This document shows, in pieces, positions 1 through 8,887 of a stretch of 64,000 nt of DNA. Every line of letters begins with the position of its first letter. The stretch's first letter is position 1. The position numbers and the translations under genes were made by a program. The notes below the pieces were generated by a model. That model ran no database searches. It saw only the letters and a list, made by a program, of their open reading frames with translations, and was not told the origin of the DNA. Origin of the DNA: Nostoc sp. (GTDB taxonomy: Bacteria; Cyanobacteriota; Cyanobacteriia; Cyanobacteriales; Nostocaceae); assembly GCA_036918135.1 (NCBI GenBank), contig JBALDB010000067.1:96001-160000 (forward strand), in the 5' to 3' direction.

Positions 1-46
1 CAAAGCTAAACATCAAGCCTGTTTTTCTATTCTGCTGTAGCTGTTT

Positions 47-3000
47 TTATTCCCAAAGCAATACTGAAGGCAGTAAGTCTGGATACGCTAACCTCAAAAG
101 CTGATAGCCAATTCCTGCGATACCTTGAAAAAAACTAGGATTGTAAGCATCTCCAGGAAGTTTAGAAAATTGAGAAGTATCCGCTTGCTTAGCTCTAGCC
201 GCTTGTTTTTGGGCAGTTTCCCACAATTTCGGTTGTGACAGCTTTTGAGCAGCTACCAGCAGCACTTCTATCCTGCCAAAGTTACCGCAGCAGAGATTGT
301 CTCTAGCCTCTAAACCAAACTGTTGGGTTGTGTTTAAAGCAACACCAATCTCTTGCCGAATTTCCGTAGTATCTAAAATCATTAGACCTCCTAAACGGGC
401 TAAACCAATGCCAGGAGCGCCATGACACCAACTTGTCATAAAAGGCTTATTCTGAGTCAAAGCGATCGCTCTCAAGTCTGGCCAGTTTCCCGCAGCAGGA
501 GAAAATACACTGCGTTCATAGGCAATGGCTGACTCTGCGGCTTTCAGAAAATTTAGTTCTTGTGTGGTTTTGTACAATCGCAGCAAGGCGTAGGCAATGC
601 CCGCCGCGCCATGAGAAAATCCTGTCAGTAACTTGTCTTCTCCAGTTACCCAAGCTCTAAATTCAGAATCGCTAGTAACTCGGTTATTTAGTAGATGATG
701 TCCACAGGCGATCGCTTGCTCCAAAGCAATCTGCTCTAAAGTTGCTTGGTGCAAAGCCAGTAAACCTAATATTGCCCCCCCTGCTCCAGCCATCGTGTCA
801 AATTGGGAATCGCCTACAATACTTTCTTGTGTTATTCGGGAAGCTGCAAGTTTTGCCACCTCTAGAAGTTGTGATTCATTTAGAAATTGACTAACCCGCA
901 CCAGAGCATAAATAATAGATCCTATTCCGGTGGCTCCACCGATGCCAATTTGTTGAGTAATTTCAGGTTGCAGTAAAGTCTTTTTCAGGGGTTGCAGTGC
1001 TTTGAGTGCTAAGTCGCGCCATTTGCGATCGCCAGTAATTTTTGCCAACGCCGCTAAAAATAAAGCGACTCCACAAACACCGTCATATAAGCTATACCCC
1101 AAAGGTTGCGGTTGCAAGCGTCCAACTTCCCGGATGTGTTTCATACCAATCCAGGTAACACTACTATCAGCATGAATTGCACGATTTTCTAGTTCTTGAG
1201 CGATCGCCACAGCTTCCTCTACCATCTGTGCTGGTGTTAGGGCAGCAATTACATCGAGATTCCAACTCTGTGCATTACTATCCAGTTCATCAGCAACCCG
1301 CGAACACAAAGAAACTTGAATAATCTCAATTTGTTGCGCTAAATCTACATTATTCAACTGCTGTAGATTAGAAATCACTCTATTGTAACTAGGTTCTTTG
1401 AAAAATTTTGTAATAGTTAGGTCAGAACTAAGTATTAGAGAATCACTGGTTGATTCAGCAGTAAAATAGGGAATATCTAATTGTTCCAGTGCTTGTATTT
1501 CTGCTGCCAATAGTGACCAATGAATCGGTTTTGTATCGGCTGTCAAAAACATCCGACTTAGCACATCTAGTTCAATACTGCGGTCTGCACCATCCTGCAT
1601 AAACTTAGGCTGCAAGGCTAAACTCTGTAGTTGCCCGTAGATTTTAGTACCTCGAAACACAAACCGTACTTGCTGATGAGCTAAATTTGCTAAAGGACTA
1701 TCAGTGGCTAGGAGTGCTTCTCGTCGTTGTACCAAAAACTGATACATCTGCTGGAAACCATCTACAATTTCGTCAACATAGTCGTTTGGTGAGAGAGTGA
1801 TGCCATTGAGGTAAGGTGCATTGGCTTTGGTTGAGATGGTGCCAGATTTATACCCCAGCGTCATGTTGTCAGTGTTGATATGCTGCCACTCTGGTCTTGG
1901 AAAAGGAAACTTCTGTTCGCTAACTGACCCCAATCCACTGATATCGTAGATTTGTTTATCTGCGCCAAATTCCCATCTTGGTAGTAGTCCAGTCCGCAGC
2001 ACAGAGTCCTGAAATTCCTGAGTTGCTGAGGAATGAGTTTTTTTGTCACCAATCTCATTAGCGTCAGGATGCATTAGAGTTTCCATATCTACCAACATCA
2101 GGTGTTCGCCACTGGCGATCAGATTCTCAAAGTGGCAATCACTAGCCCCAAGAACGTAGAGGAGACATAAGAGCATCCCTGCACGTTTGTAGTAGCGCTG
2201 CGCTGCTATTTCATTTTCACAAGGTAAATGCTCTACATACTCCACCCAGCCATAAGTATTACAGTTGATGACTTTCAATAACTGGAAAGGTAGCAGAACT
2301 TTTTGCTGATTACACCAAGCTAGTAGCTGAAAATACGCTGCTTCCAATGCCAAATTTTTCGGTTTATAGACCAGTTTTAGACCAGAAGCGAAAGAAAGAG
2401 CGATCGCACAACGCCCTCGATTGTGAGGATCGGAGAGAAAAGGCTGGATGGCAACAACCTCACCTGTATCCTCTAAGAATGTTTGCTGAATGATTGACAA
2501 GTCTGATGTCAGTCGTTGAAGAAATTCTGTTGTTGCTTCTAACCAAAAATTCATCGCTGTCGTCACTAAACGAGCCAAGACGCTGTACATCTGAAAAAAA
2601 GACAGCAATCCCTCTGTTGTAAGACTGTTAATAAATTCTTGGTATTGCTCTTTACTAAGACTGTCTTGTAGTTGTCCCAATAAACAGCTTAAAGATGATT
2701 GCTTCAACAATCGAAAAGCTGAAAACTCCATCTGTAAAGACTGGGCACAAACAGATGATAATCGTACTAATAAACTGCGCTCCAGACTTATATGAGCCGA
2801 TTCTGACAGCAGTTGATAACTAGCACCTGTTTGGGCAATCAGTTTTTGCCGCGCCACCTGAACAAACGGTAGAAAAATCTCTTCAAAAGGAATTGGATCT
2901 TCAGGAATTAAACAACGATATACAACCTTATCTACTTTTTTTAAATCACCTTGGAGAATTTCCTGTAAATTTTCTGCCCAAGCTGGAAGTTGTTGTGCAT

Positions 3001-3256
3001 CCGCAAGGTGAACGCGACCTAATACTTTACAAACTGTCTCTATATTCAGATCGTCCCAAGCAAGGCGTTTAGCAAATTTTTCCCAATTTCCTTTAGCAAC
3101 AGCTTGACACCATTTCTTCAGACGAGAGCAAGTTAGTTCATCCTTTTCTAGTGCGGTATCCGCAATCAAACGTAAACGCCAAACATCACCCAATCGCTCA
3201 GGAATAGTGCTAGCTTTTTCAACAATCTTGAGTACATCTTGTTGTGAAACTTCCAT
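47..3256 (-). CDS. lanM: Class II lanthipeptide synthetase LanM (ProcM-like, CCG cyclase motif)
   Basis: 1069 aa. N-terminal dehydratase motifs YKPK, DCHFENLIA, VDMETL; C-terminal LanC-like cyclase motifs GFSHGAAG, SWCHGAPG, NLCCGNFG. Lies downstream of an NHLP precursor. Confidence 0.95.
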   Translation of the reverse strand: MEVSQQDVLKIVEKASTIPERLGDVWRLRLIADTALEKDELTCSRLKKWCQAVAKGNWEKFAKRLAWDDLNIETVCKVLGRVHLADAQQLPAWAENLQEILQGDLKKVDKVVYRCLIPEDPIPFEEIFLPFVQVARQKLIAQTGASYQLLSESAHISLERSLLVRLSSVCAQSLQMEFSAFRLLKQSSLSCLLGQLQDSLSKEQYQEFINSLTTEGLLSFFQMYSVLARLVTTAMNFWLEATTEFLQRLTSDLSIIQQTFLEDTGEVVAIQPFLSDPHNRGRCAIALSFASGLKLVYKPKNLALEAAYFQLLAWCNQQKVLLPFQLLKVINCNTYGWVEYVEHLPCENEIAAQRYYKRAGMLLCLLYVLGASDCHFENLIASGEHLMLVDMETLMHPDANEIGDKKTHSSATQEFQDSVLRTGLLPRWEFGADKQIYDISGLGSVSEQKFPFPRPEWQHINTDNMTLGYKSGTISTKANAPYLNGITLSPNDYVDEIVDGFQQMYQFLVQRREALLATDSPLANLAHQQVRFVFRGTKIYGQLQSLALQPKFMQDGADRSIELDVLSRMFLTADTKPIHWSLLAAEIQALEQLDIPYFTAESTSDSLILSSDLTITKFFKEPSYNRVISNLQQLNNVDLAQQIEIIQVSLCSRVADELDSNAQSWNLDVIAALTPAQMVEEAVAIAQELENRAIHADSSVTWIGMKHIREVGRLQPQPLGYSLYDGVCGVALFLAALAKITGDRKWRDLALKALQPLKKTLLQPEITQQIGIGGATGIGSIIYALVRVSQFLNESQLLEVAKLAASRITQESIVGDSQFDTMAGAGGAILGLLALHQATLEQIALEQAIACGHHLLNNRVTSDSEFRAWVTGEDKLLTGFSHGAAGIAYALLRLYKTTQELNFLKAAESAIAYERSVFSPAAGNWPDLRAIALTQNKPFMTSWCHGAPGIGLARLGGLMILDTTEIRQEIGVALNTTQQFGLEARDNLCCGNFGRIEVLLVAAQKLSQPKLWETAQKQAARAKQADTSQFSKLPGDAYNPSFFQGIAGIGYQLLRLAYPDLLPSVLLWE

Positions 3257-3276
3257 TTCAACGCCCTACCTCGATG

Positions 3277-4809
3277 CTAATGCTCGCACAAAACTCCATC
3301 CGCAGCACTCTTTGCCAATGCAATGTTAACTGGCAATGTCTCTGCATATTCCCGCATTTTTAGTTCAGCAGCTTTGGGTTTTGGCTCATCATCTAAAACC
3401 CCTTTGTCAAACATTAAGTTTAAATAATGAGATGTGTGAGCTGGCGAAACACCACGACTGTTAAACATAGAAACAATATCTTGAGTAGTTTTTCCGCCCT
3501 CGTATATCGCATCACCCAATTCTCTTAAATAAGAATCATGGCAAAACTTAAAAGTTTTGAGTCTGTTTGAGAGTTGGAAACCATCAAGAAGAATCTCATA
3601 CTTCAAGTCAGGACGGAAACTAATTAAATCACTCGCTCTGGCTGTAGAAGGCATATTAACGGTTATCATCCTCTCTATGAGAGTTTTGAAATCATCGACA
3701 TTAGAAAAAGTTCCTTGGTCGTAAACTATGTAGCCCAATGGCCAGCGATCGTTTGCATTACAAGGGCTAATAAGTTTGACACTACGCTCAACCATGCTTA
3801 CCAAAAATCCTGTTACACAGGCAATTGTTCCTTGAGCGGGGAATTCATTATCTTCACCTCCTTTTTTGAGATTCTGCTCCCGTACTCGTCCAGTACTAGC
3901 TTTGAGCAAAGTTGACTCTTTATTCTGGAGTACTAATTTCACAAAAGCTAGTTCTTCAGGACTAAATTCTTCATGAACTTGATTAAGTATTTTCAAAGAA
4001 ATAATAGAGAACCGATTGAGCAGGCATCCTTTTTCCCGTGATAGTTTTAGCAGCGCTCTGGTGCGAGCCGGATCTTTCATTGGTTGAGCCGTTGTAGTTG
4101 AAGGAAACATTCCTAAAACTTTATGAAAATCAATAGCGAATTTTTCGTAGTCTGGATTATCTAGAGGATCTGTTGCCCAATAGCAAAAGCCTGCACCAGC
4201 TCCTGGCCCTAGTATCTCTTTCATTACCTCAAGTACTTCATGCCACAATTTGGCATTTTCTTGGTTATACAGGAAAATATCACCTAAGCGAGGTGCAGAG
4301 ACACCACAAAACCAGCATCCAACAGAACATCCTTTACTGAGTTCAAAACAAACTGGAGCGTGTAAGATTGCATCTTGAATATTTTTTTTAAACTGACTTG
4401 TAGTTCGGGCAATCTGTCGCTGCCGCCACGCTTTAAAGTGAGGTTCGCTCGAAGAAGCCGCACTCGATTTTATCATGTCAAATACTTCTAAGTTCTCAAC
4501 CAATTCCAGACAACGCTTCAAGTTTTTGGAAATTGACATTTCTTCGCCATCTTTTTCAGGAAACTCTGCATCCCATAAAAGTCTAATTTCCTCCGGATTG
4601 ATTTTGATCTGATAACTATTAATAGCCTGTTCTGGTTCTAAAGATACCTTTTCTCGGAATTTTGGATCTGCATTCCATCTTTCCATAAAACGTTTTATTT
4701 GGTTAATAAATGCTTTTTCAGTATCGCCATAACATAATGTATGACTTTTCCAAAAATGAGGAATTATTTTTTGTGCCAAATCTTTAGTATACTTAGTTTT
4801 TTGAGTCAT
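3277..4809 (-). CDS. Radical SAM RiPP amino-acid epimerase (PoyD/OspD proteusin type)
   Basis: CxxxCxxC motif (GCSVGCWFC) in a HAPVCFELSKGC context, plus FCYWATDPLDNPDYE and GTIACVTGFL. Start moved to ATG 4809 (MTQKTKY), which follows an AGGAG RBS. Confidence 0.9.
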   Translation of the reverse strand: MTQKTKYTKDLAQKIIPHFWKSHTLCYGDTEKAFINQIKRFMERWNADPKFREKVSLEPEQAINSYQIKINPEEIRLLWDAEFPEKDGEEMSISKNLKRCLELVENLEVFDMIKSSAASSSEPHFKAWRQRQIARTTSQFKKNIQDAILHAPVCFELSKGCSVGCWFCGVSAPRLGDIFLYNQENAKLWHEVLEVMKEILGPGAGAGFCYWATDPLDNPDYEKFAIDFHKVLGMFPSTTTAQPMKDPARTRALLKLSREKGCLLNRFSIISLKILNQVHEEFSPEELAFVKLVLQNKESTLLKASTGRVREQNLKKGGEDNEFPAQGTIACVTGFLVSMVERSVKLISPCNANDRWPLGYIVYDQGTFSNVDDFKTLIERMITVNMPSTARASDLISFRPDLKYEILLDGFQLSNRLKTFKFCHDSYLRELGDAIYEGGKTTQDIVSMFNSRGVSPAHTSHYLNLMFDKGVLDDEPKPKAAELKMREYAETLPVNIALAKSAADGVLCEH

Positions 4810-5004
4810 GATATTAACTCCTGATAGGTTAAGATGAAAAGTTGAAATATTAGCTAAACTTAGAAAAGTTAGCAACTAATAAGTTAACTAATGAGATAGT
4901 ACGTTAAGAAAAGAATCGGTAGTAGTAAGGAAATTGGATGTCAACTACTACCAGTTCAAATGAAATTTCCCAACAATGAGAACAGAGCAGGAATCAAGAA
5001 ATTA

Positions 5005-5307
5005 TTATTTACAATCGTAAATTGTTCCTTCTGTAACAAAAGTGTCTCCGCCACCACCAGCTACAGCTTCCAGAGCTTCGTCAGATAACTCTTCGCTAAC
5101 TTGTGGACTCTTAGGAAGTACTAAATAGAGAGTATTTCCGGTTTCCTCCACTACCTTAATCTCAATATTTTCAGGAATTTTTTGCCCTGATTCTCTGGCA
5201 AACACTGCTTTGGGATTTCTAATTAGTTCTTGCTTGAAAGCTTCGTCTTTCCAAGCTCTAGCAATCAAATCAGATTCAATTTCTCGACGACCTTTATTTG
5301 CAGCCAT
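5005..5307 (-). CDS. NHLP (nitrile-hydratase-like leader) proteusin precursor peptide; predicted core GGDTFVTEGTIYDCK
   Basis: Leader motifs IARAWKDEAFKQEL..NPK, VVEET..TLYLVLP and ELSDEALEAVAGG (double-Gly site); 15-aa core with 3 Thr and 1 Cys. Confidence 0.93.
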   Translation of the reverse strand: MAANKGRREIESDLIARAWKDEAFKQELIRNPKAVFARESGQKIPENIEIKVVEETGNTLYLVLPKSPQVSEELSDEALEAVAGGGGDTFVTEGTIYDCK

Positions 5308-5436
5308 GTCATTCTTCCCTTAAATTTAATTTACTGCATCGAACTATGAATGAGGTTAATAAAGTACGATTATAAAAACTTTTAGTTTATATATTTAAGA
5401 CGCACTTCAAAAGCTCAACTCATGTTCTTAATATTT

Positions 5437-5497
5437 AGTTTATCGAGTAAAAATTTGAGCGACAATTAACAATTTTTCTGTTGGACTAACAATTTTT
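5437..5497 (-). promoter_or_regulatory. Putative sigma70-type promoter of the precursor gene with upstream direct repeats
   Basis: Minus strand TTGTCG (5465-5460), 17-nt spacer, TAAACT (5442-5437). Two TAACAATTTTT copies (+ strand 5467-5477 and 5487-5497) abut the -35 box. Confidence 0.45.
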
Positions 5498-5619
5498 TCA
5501 TAGCTTATTTGCTAAAATCTATATTAATTTGAACAAATATGGATATATTTAAATAAAATATACCTTATAGACAATGACAAAGAATTTGTAAGAGAATTCA
5601 GTACTTTTATATAAAAATC

Positions 5620-5665
5620 TATACAGTGCAGGTGTTAAGATTTGGCTTAACACCTGCACTGTATA
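5620..5665 (-). terminator. Hairpin terminator after the cNMP-binding gene
   Basis: Perfect 20-bp inverted repeat TATACAGTGCAGGTGTTAAG / CTTAACACCTGCACTGTATA with 6-nt loop, about 10 nt past the stop; followed by a T-rich run on the minus strand. Confidence 0.75.
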
Positions 5666-5674
5666 TTAAGAGAT

Positions 5675-6757
5675 TTAAATTACTCTTAAACGTTTCAGCA
5701 TCCAATCAAATCTTGTTCCAGCCAATGCCATTCGATCTAAAATTCTAGAATCCAGTTCATCTTCATATTCAACATTTTCATCTAATGGTTGACCTTGACT
5801 GTAAACGCGTCTGCCATAACCGAGCCGACTGAGCAATTCATGCAATCTATTTGAAAGGAGAGTAGCAATTACTCGATAAAAGCGAGATGCAAAACCGATA
5901 TCTTGTTGTAATTTTGCTGCTAATTGCTGTCGCTTAATTGATAACACAAGTGAGTCTTCAATAGCCTGGACTGTTGCAGGAGGTAATTTAGTGTCAAGAA
6001 AAGGTGTTTCTCCGACGATTTCGCCCCTTGATAATCTTACTATATCTCGACTTTGTGTTTGAGTGCCCTCTATGGCTGCAAAAGCTCGGATGAGGGGATT
6101 GCGTTCATCCTCAGAAACGAAAACTGTCATTGTTCCATCCAATAGGATATACAACGCATCTACAGGCCCTCCCTCACGGATGAGTACGGTGTTAGTAGCA
6201 ATTTTTTGGCGAGTACCTGTAGCAATCATCCAATCAATGTCACTGTCATTTAATTCGCCCAAAACAAACAGCATATCTCTGAGTGCTTGACTAGCAACAA
6301 GTTTGTTACGACTAAGTTGGGTGATTCTGTCTGAAAGTAGAATAGCGATCGCTCGATAAAAGCGGCAAGCAAAACCGACATCTGTTTGCAATTTTACCGC
6401 CAATTCCTGCTGGGGAATCGAGATTACAAGGGACTTTTCAGCAGCCTTTACGGTTGCAGCAGTTGGGCGTACATTTACAAACGGGATTTCTCCTACTATC
6501 TCACCGCTTGATAACCTGGCAATTTCCCGATGTTTTATTTCATCACCCTCTATAGCTGCAAAAGCACGACCTAGAGGATTGTTATCAGCTTGAGAAATAG
6601 TAACTACCAAAGCTCCATCAAGTACCAGATGTAGAGTATTGGCAGCTTTTCCTTCTTCGATGAGTACAGTCCCAGCAGCTATTTCCCTCTGAAGACCTGT
6701 AGTAATCATCCAATTGATATCGCTATTAGTTAATTCCTTAAGTAGAACTTCTTTCAT
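5675..6757 (-). CDS. Tandem cyclic-nucleotide-binding domain protein of the type found with cyanobacterial NHLP/bacteriocin clusters
   Basis: Two homologous halves (ELTNSDINWM / ELNDSDIDWM; LSSGEIVGEIPF / LSRGEIVGETPF; DVGFACRFYR / DIGFASRFYR); no HTH output domain. Confidence 0.85.
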   Translation of the reverse strand: MKEVLLKELTNSDINWMITTGLQREIAAGTVLIEEGKAANTLHLVLDGALVVTISQADNNPLGRAFAAIEGDEIKHREIARLSSGEIVGEIPFVNVRPTAATVKAAEKSLVISIPQQELAVKLQTDVGFACRFYRAIAILLSDRITQLSRNKLVASQALRDMLFVLGELNDSDIDWMIATGTRQKIATNTVLIREGGPVDALYILLDGTMTVFVSEDERNPLIRAFAAIEGTQTQSRDIVRLSRGEIVGETPFLDTKLPPATVQAIEDSLVLSIKRQQLAAKLQQDIGFASRFYRVIATLLSNRLHELLSRLGYGRRVYSQGQPLDENVEYEDELDSRILDRMALAGTRFDWMLKRLRVI

Positions 6758-7934
6758 AAAATCGATCCATGTTTTTTTGGATACGCAAGTTCGCCTCCTC
6801 TGAAGCCAATTCTTCCAATGTCAAACAGGTTAAAGCCATTGAAATCAGAGTTTGGCGATTAAATTTATCTGTTAATTGGTGTGAAGTAGTTGTGTGGGTT
6901 TGGTCTAAATCCCCATTTAAAGCATCAAAATGCTGCAAGTTTTCTGCGGCATTCTTCACTAAAATCTGTAATATTTTAAAAGCTCCATCTGAAAGTGGCG
7001 GTTGACCTCGATAATTTTGCAGTCTACCTCCCTCTCGATAATCTGGAAACGACTCCAGTCCCAAAAAGCGCAAGAACCAGTCAGCCCGATAATGTCCTAT
7101 AGCCGCTACAATACCTCTGTAGTCGGCAATCAATTCGTCAAGCAGATTGTTACGCATTGAGTTAAACAAGCGACGGGTGAGGTAATGAGTACATTCATGT
7201 TCCAGCCGAATTGTCACTGATAGACGTTGCCATTCCTTTTTTGATAGTCCGATGTCGCTGGCTGAAACATCGCTATAGTCGCCGTCACTCAAAATAATGA
7301 ACCGATCCTGATAAAGTTCCTTTTGCGGGATGAGCCGTTTAAATTCTGCTGTCCATTCAACTTCAGAGCAATTAGGAGAATTTTGTTGCCATTGTTGGCG
7401 ATAGCGGTGAATTCGATCCCAATTGTTGAAACCGGTAATTATGCAGGCTCCCATAGAAGCAGGGACTAAACTCGGTTCATTCCGCATTGTTAGCGCTTGT
7501 ACCAAAGATACAAAATCTTCTCGATTCCCGGTTAGCAAAACTGGGATGGCTCCAGCTAAACTTTGATGTACCGTTAATTGCAGTTTTTCTGGTTGTTTTA
7601 AAAGCAAATTAGTTGCTTCACCCATACCATCTACTGATACACCTTTGCGGGTAGCAGAACGATATGCCTCAGTCTGGCTGATACCTTCGAGTATGGGAAA
7701 CCTTAACTGAACCAATACGCGTCTAAGTGCTTCAAAGGCTCCTATGTCCTTGCCAGTAGTTGCATATTCTTCCCAAGCAGCTATATGGGGTTCAGACGGA
7801 AGCGGAAACTTGAGGGGAACTTTTAAACTGGTGTGGTCAAAGACGTTTTGATTGTAAGCAAGCAGCTCTTGTGTCTGTTGGGGATTAGCGCCATAGGAGG
7901 CAAGTATACTAGCACGAAATTCCTGTTGGTTCAA
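6738..7934 (-). CDS. Conserved hypothetical protein (DUF7005-like) with zincin-like HExxH motif
   Basis: 398 aa. IRLEHECTHY followed by LLDELIADY (possible third metal ligand). TTG start with a GGAGG RBS; overlaps the next gene by 20 nt. Confidence 0.7.
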   Translation of the reverse strand: MNQQEFRASILASYGANPQQTQELLAYNQNVFDHTSLKVPLKFPLPSEPHIAAWEEYATTGKDIGAFEALRRVLVQLRFPILEGISQTEAYRSATRKGVSVDGMGEATNLLLKQPEKLQLTVHQSLAGAIPVLLTGNREDFVSLVQALTMRNEPSLVPASMGACIITGFNNWDRIHRYRQQWQQNSPNCSEVEWTAEFKRLIPQKELYQDRFIILSDGDYSDVSASDIGLSKKEWQRLSVTIRLEHECTHYLTRRLFNSMRNNLLDELIADYRGIVAAIGHYRADWFLRFLGLESFPDYREGGRLQNYRGQPPLSDGAFKILQILVKNAAENLQHFDALNGDLDQTHTTTSHQLTDKFNRQTLISMALTCLTLEELASEEANLRIQKNMDRFYERSST

Positions 7935-8000
7935 GAGCGATCGCCTCCCATAATTACACCAATTTCAAAAAATGGAAACCCAAACAAAATCTAGCTTTCT

Positions 8001-8828
8001 TCATTTTGAATTTTGAATTTTAAATTTTGAATTTTGAATTGGTATTACCTTTTCTTGTTCTGCAAAAATCTGCTCAGCAATTTCTTTGACTATCAGACTA
8101 AAAGGATGCTCAGAATGGTGCAGACAGAAAATATCGCTGCTTCCCAACTGAATCAACTCTTCACAAAGGGGTACAATGCCAGCTACTGGAGTGTTGTAAA
8201 GTGTCTCTATCTGTTGCTGCAAGGCATCAAAATCAAAAGCTGGCAACACCTTATTAACCACCAGCAGCATTTTAGACACCTCCAACTTTCTTGCTACATC
8301 CACCGTCACAGCAGTACCCTGAAAGTCTTGGTTGTCTGGACGTAGAATTACAACCAAAATATCAGAGATAGCGATGGAAAGTAAGGTTTCTTCATTCAAA
8401 CCGGGATGAGTATCAATCAACAAGTAGTCCAAGTGCAAATGGCGGACGATTTCCTCAAAGCCGTCGTTGAGTCGGCTGACATCATAACCCTCGCGCAAAA
8501 TTCGGGAAATTTCACTAGCCTTGATACTGGAGGGAATCAGGTAGAGGCTGCCATCTGCTACAGCTCTCTCATCTTTCGCCTTTAGAGCGTGGCTAACATT
8601 ATAAACAGCTTCTTTAATGGTACAACGACCCCATAAATAGTCATTGAGGGAGCGCTGCATCTTTGCCTCATCTAGACCGAAAATAATATGAATCCCTGGC
8701 GACTGGATGTCAGTATCAACAATACCCACACGTTGTCCGTGGCGGGCAATGGTAGCACCTAAGTTGGCAATCAAATTTGATTTGCCAGTGCCACCACGAA
8801 ATGAGTGAACAGATACAATTTTTGTCAT
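8001..8828 (-). CDS. MinD/ParA-family ATPase
   Basis: Deviant Walker A SFRGGTGKS, VDTDIQSPG, Walker B LLIDTHPG, VVNKV. Confidence 0.9.
   Translation of the reverse strand: MTKIVSVHSFRGGTGKSNLIANLGATIARHGQRVGIVDTDIQSPGIHIIFGLDEAKMQRSLNDYLWGRCTIKEAVYNVSHALKAKDERAVADGSLYLIPSSIKASEISRILREGYDVSRLNDGFEEIVRHLHLDYLLIDTHPGLNEETLLSIAISDILVVILRPDNQDFQGTAVTVDVARKLEVSKMLLVVNKVLPAFDFDALQQQIETLYNTPVAGIVPLCEELIQLGSSDIFCLHHSEHPFSLIVKEIAEQIFAEQEKVIPIQNSKFKIQNSK
8004..8040. repeat. STRR-type heptamer array (TTTTGAA)n forming the MinD C-terminus
   Basis: ttttgaa ttttgaa ttttaaa ttttgaa ttttgaa; read on the minus strand as IQNSKFKIQNSK-stop. Confidence 0.8.
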
Positions 8829-8887
8829 AATGCAATACCTAGTAATAATTCGTAATTAAATCACTACGAATTGATTTGGTTAGTTTC

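Noticed and set aside
1..13. Possible minus-strand start (ATG TTT AGC TTT) of the next cluster gene after lanM
   Set aside because: Only four codons are visible, so it cannot be supported.
4918..4952. 9-bp inverted repeat between the precursor and epimerase genes
   Set aside because: Short stem with a 17-nt loop; too weak to call a terminator or stabiliser.
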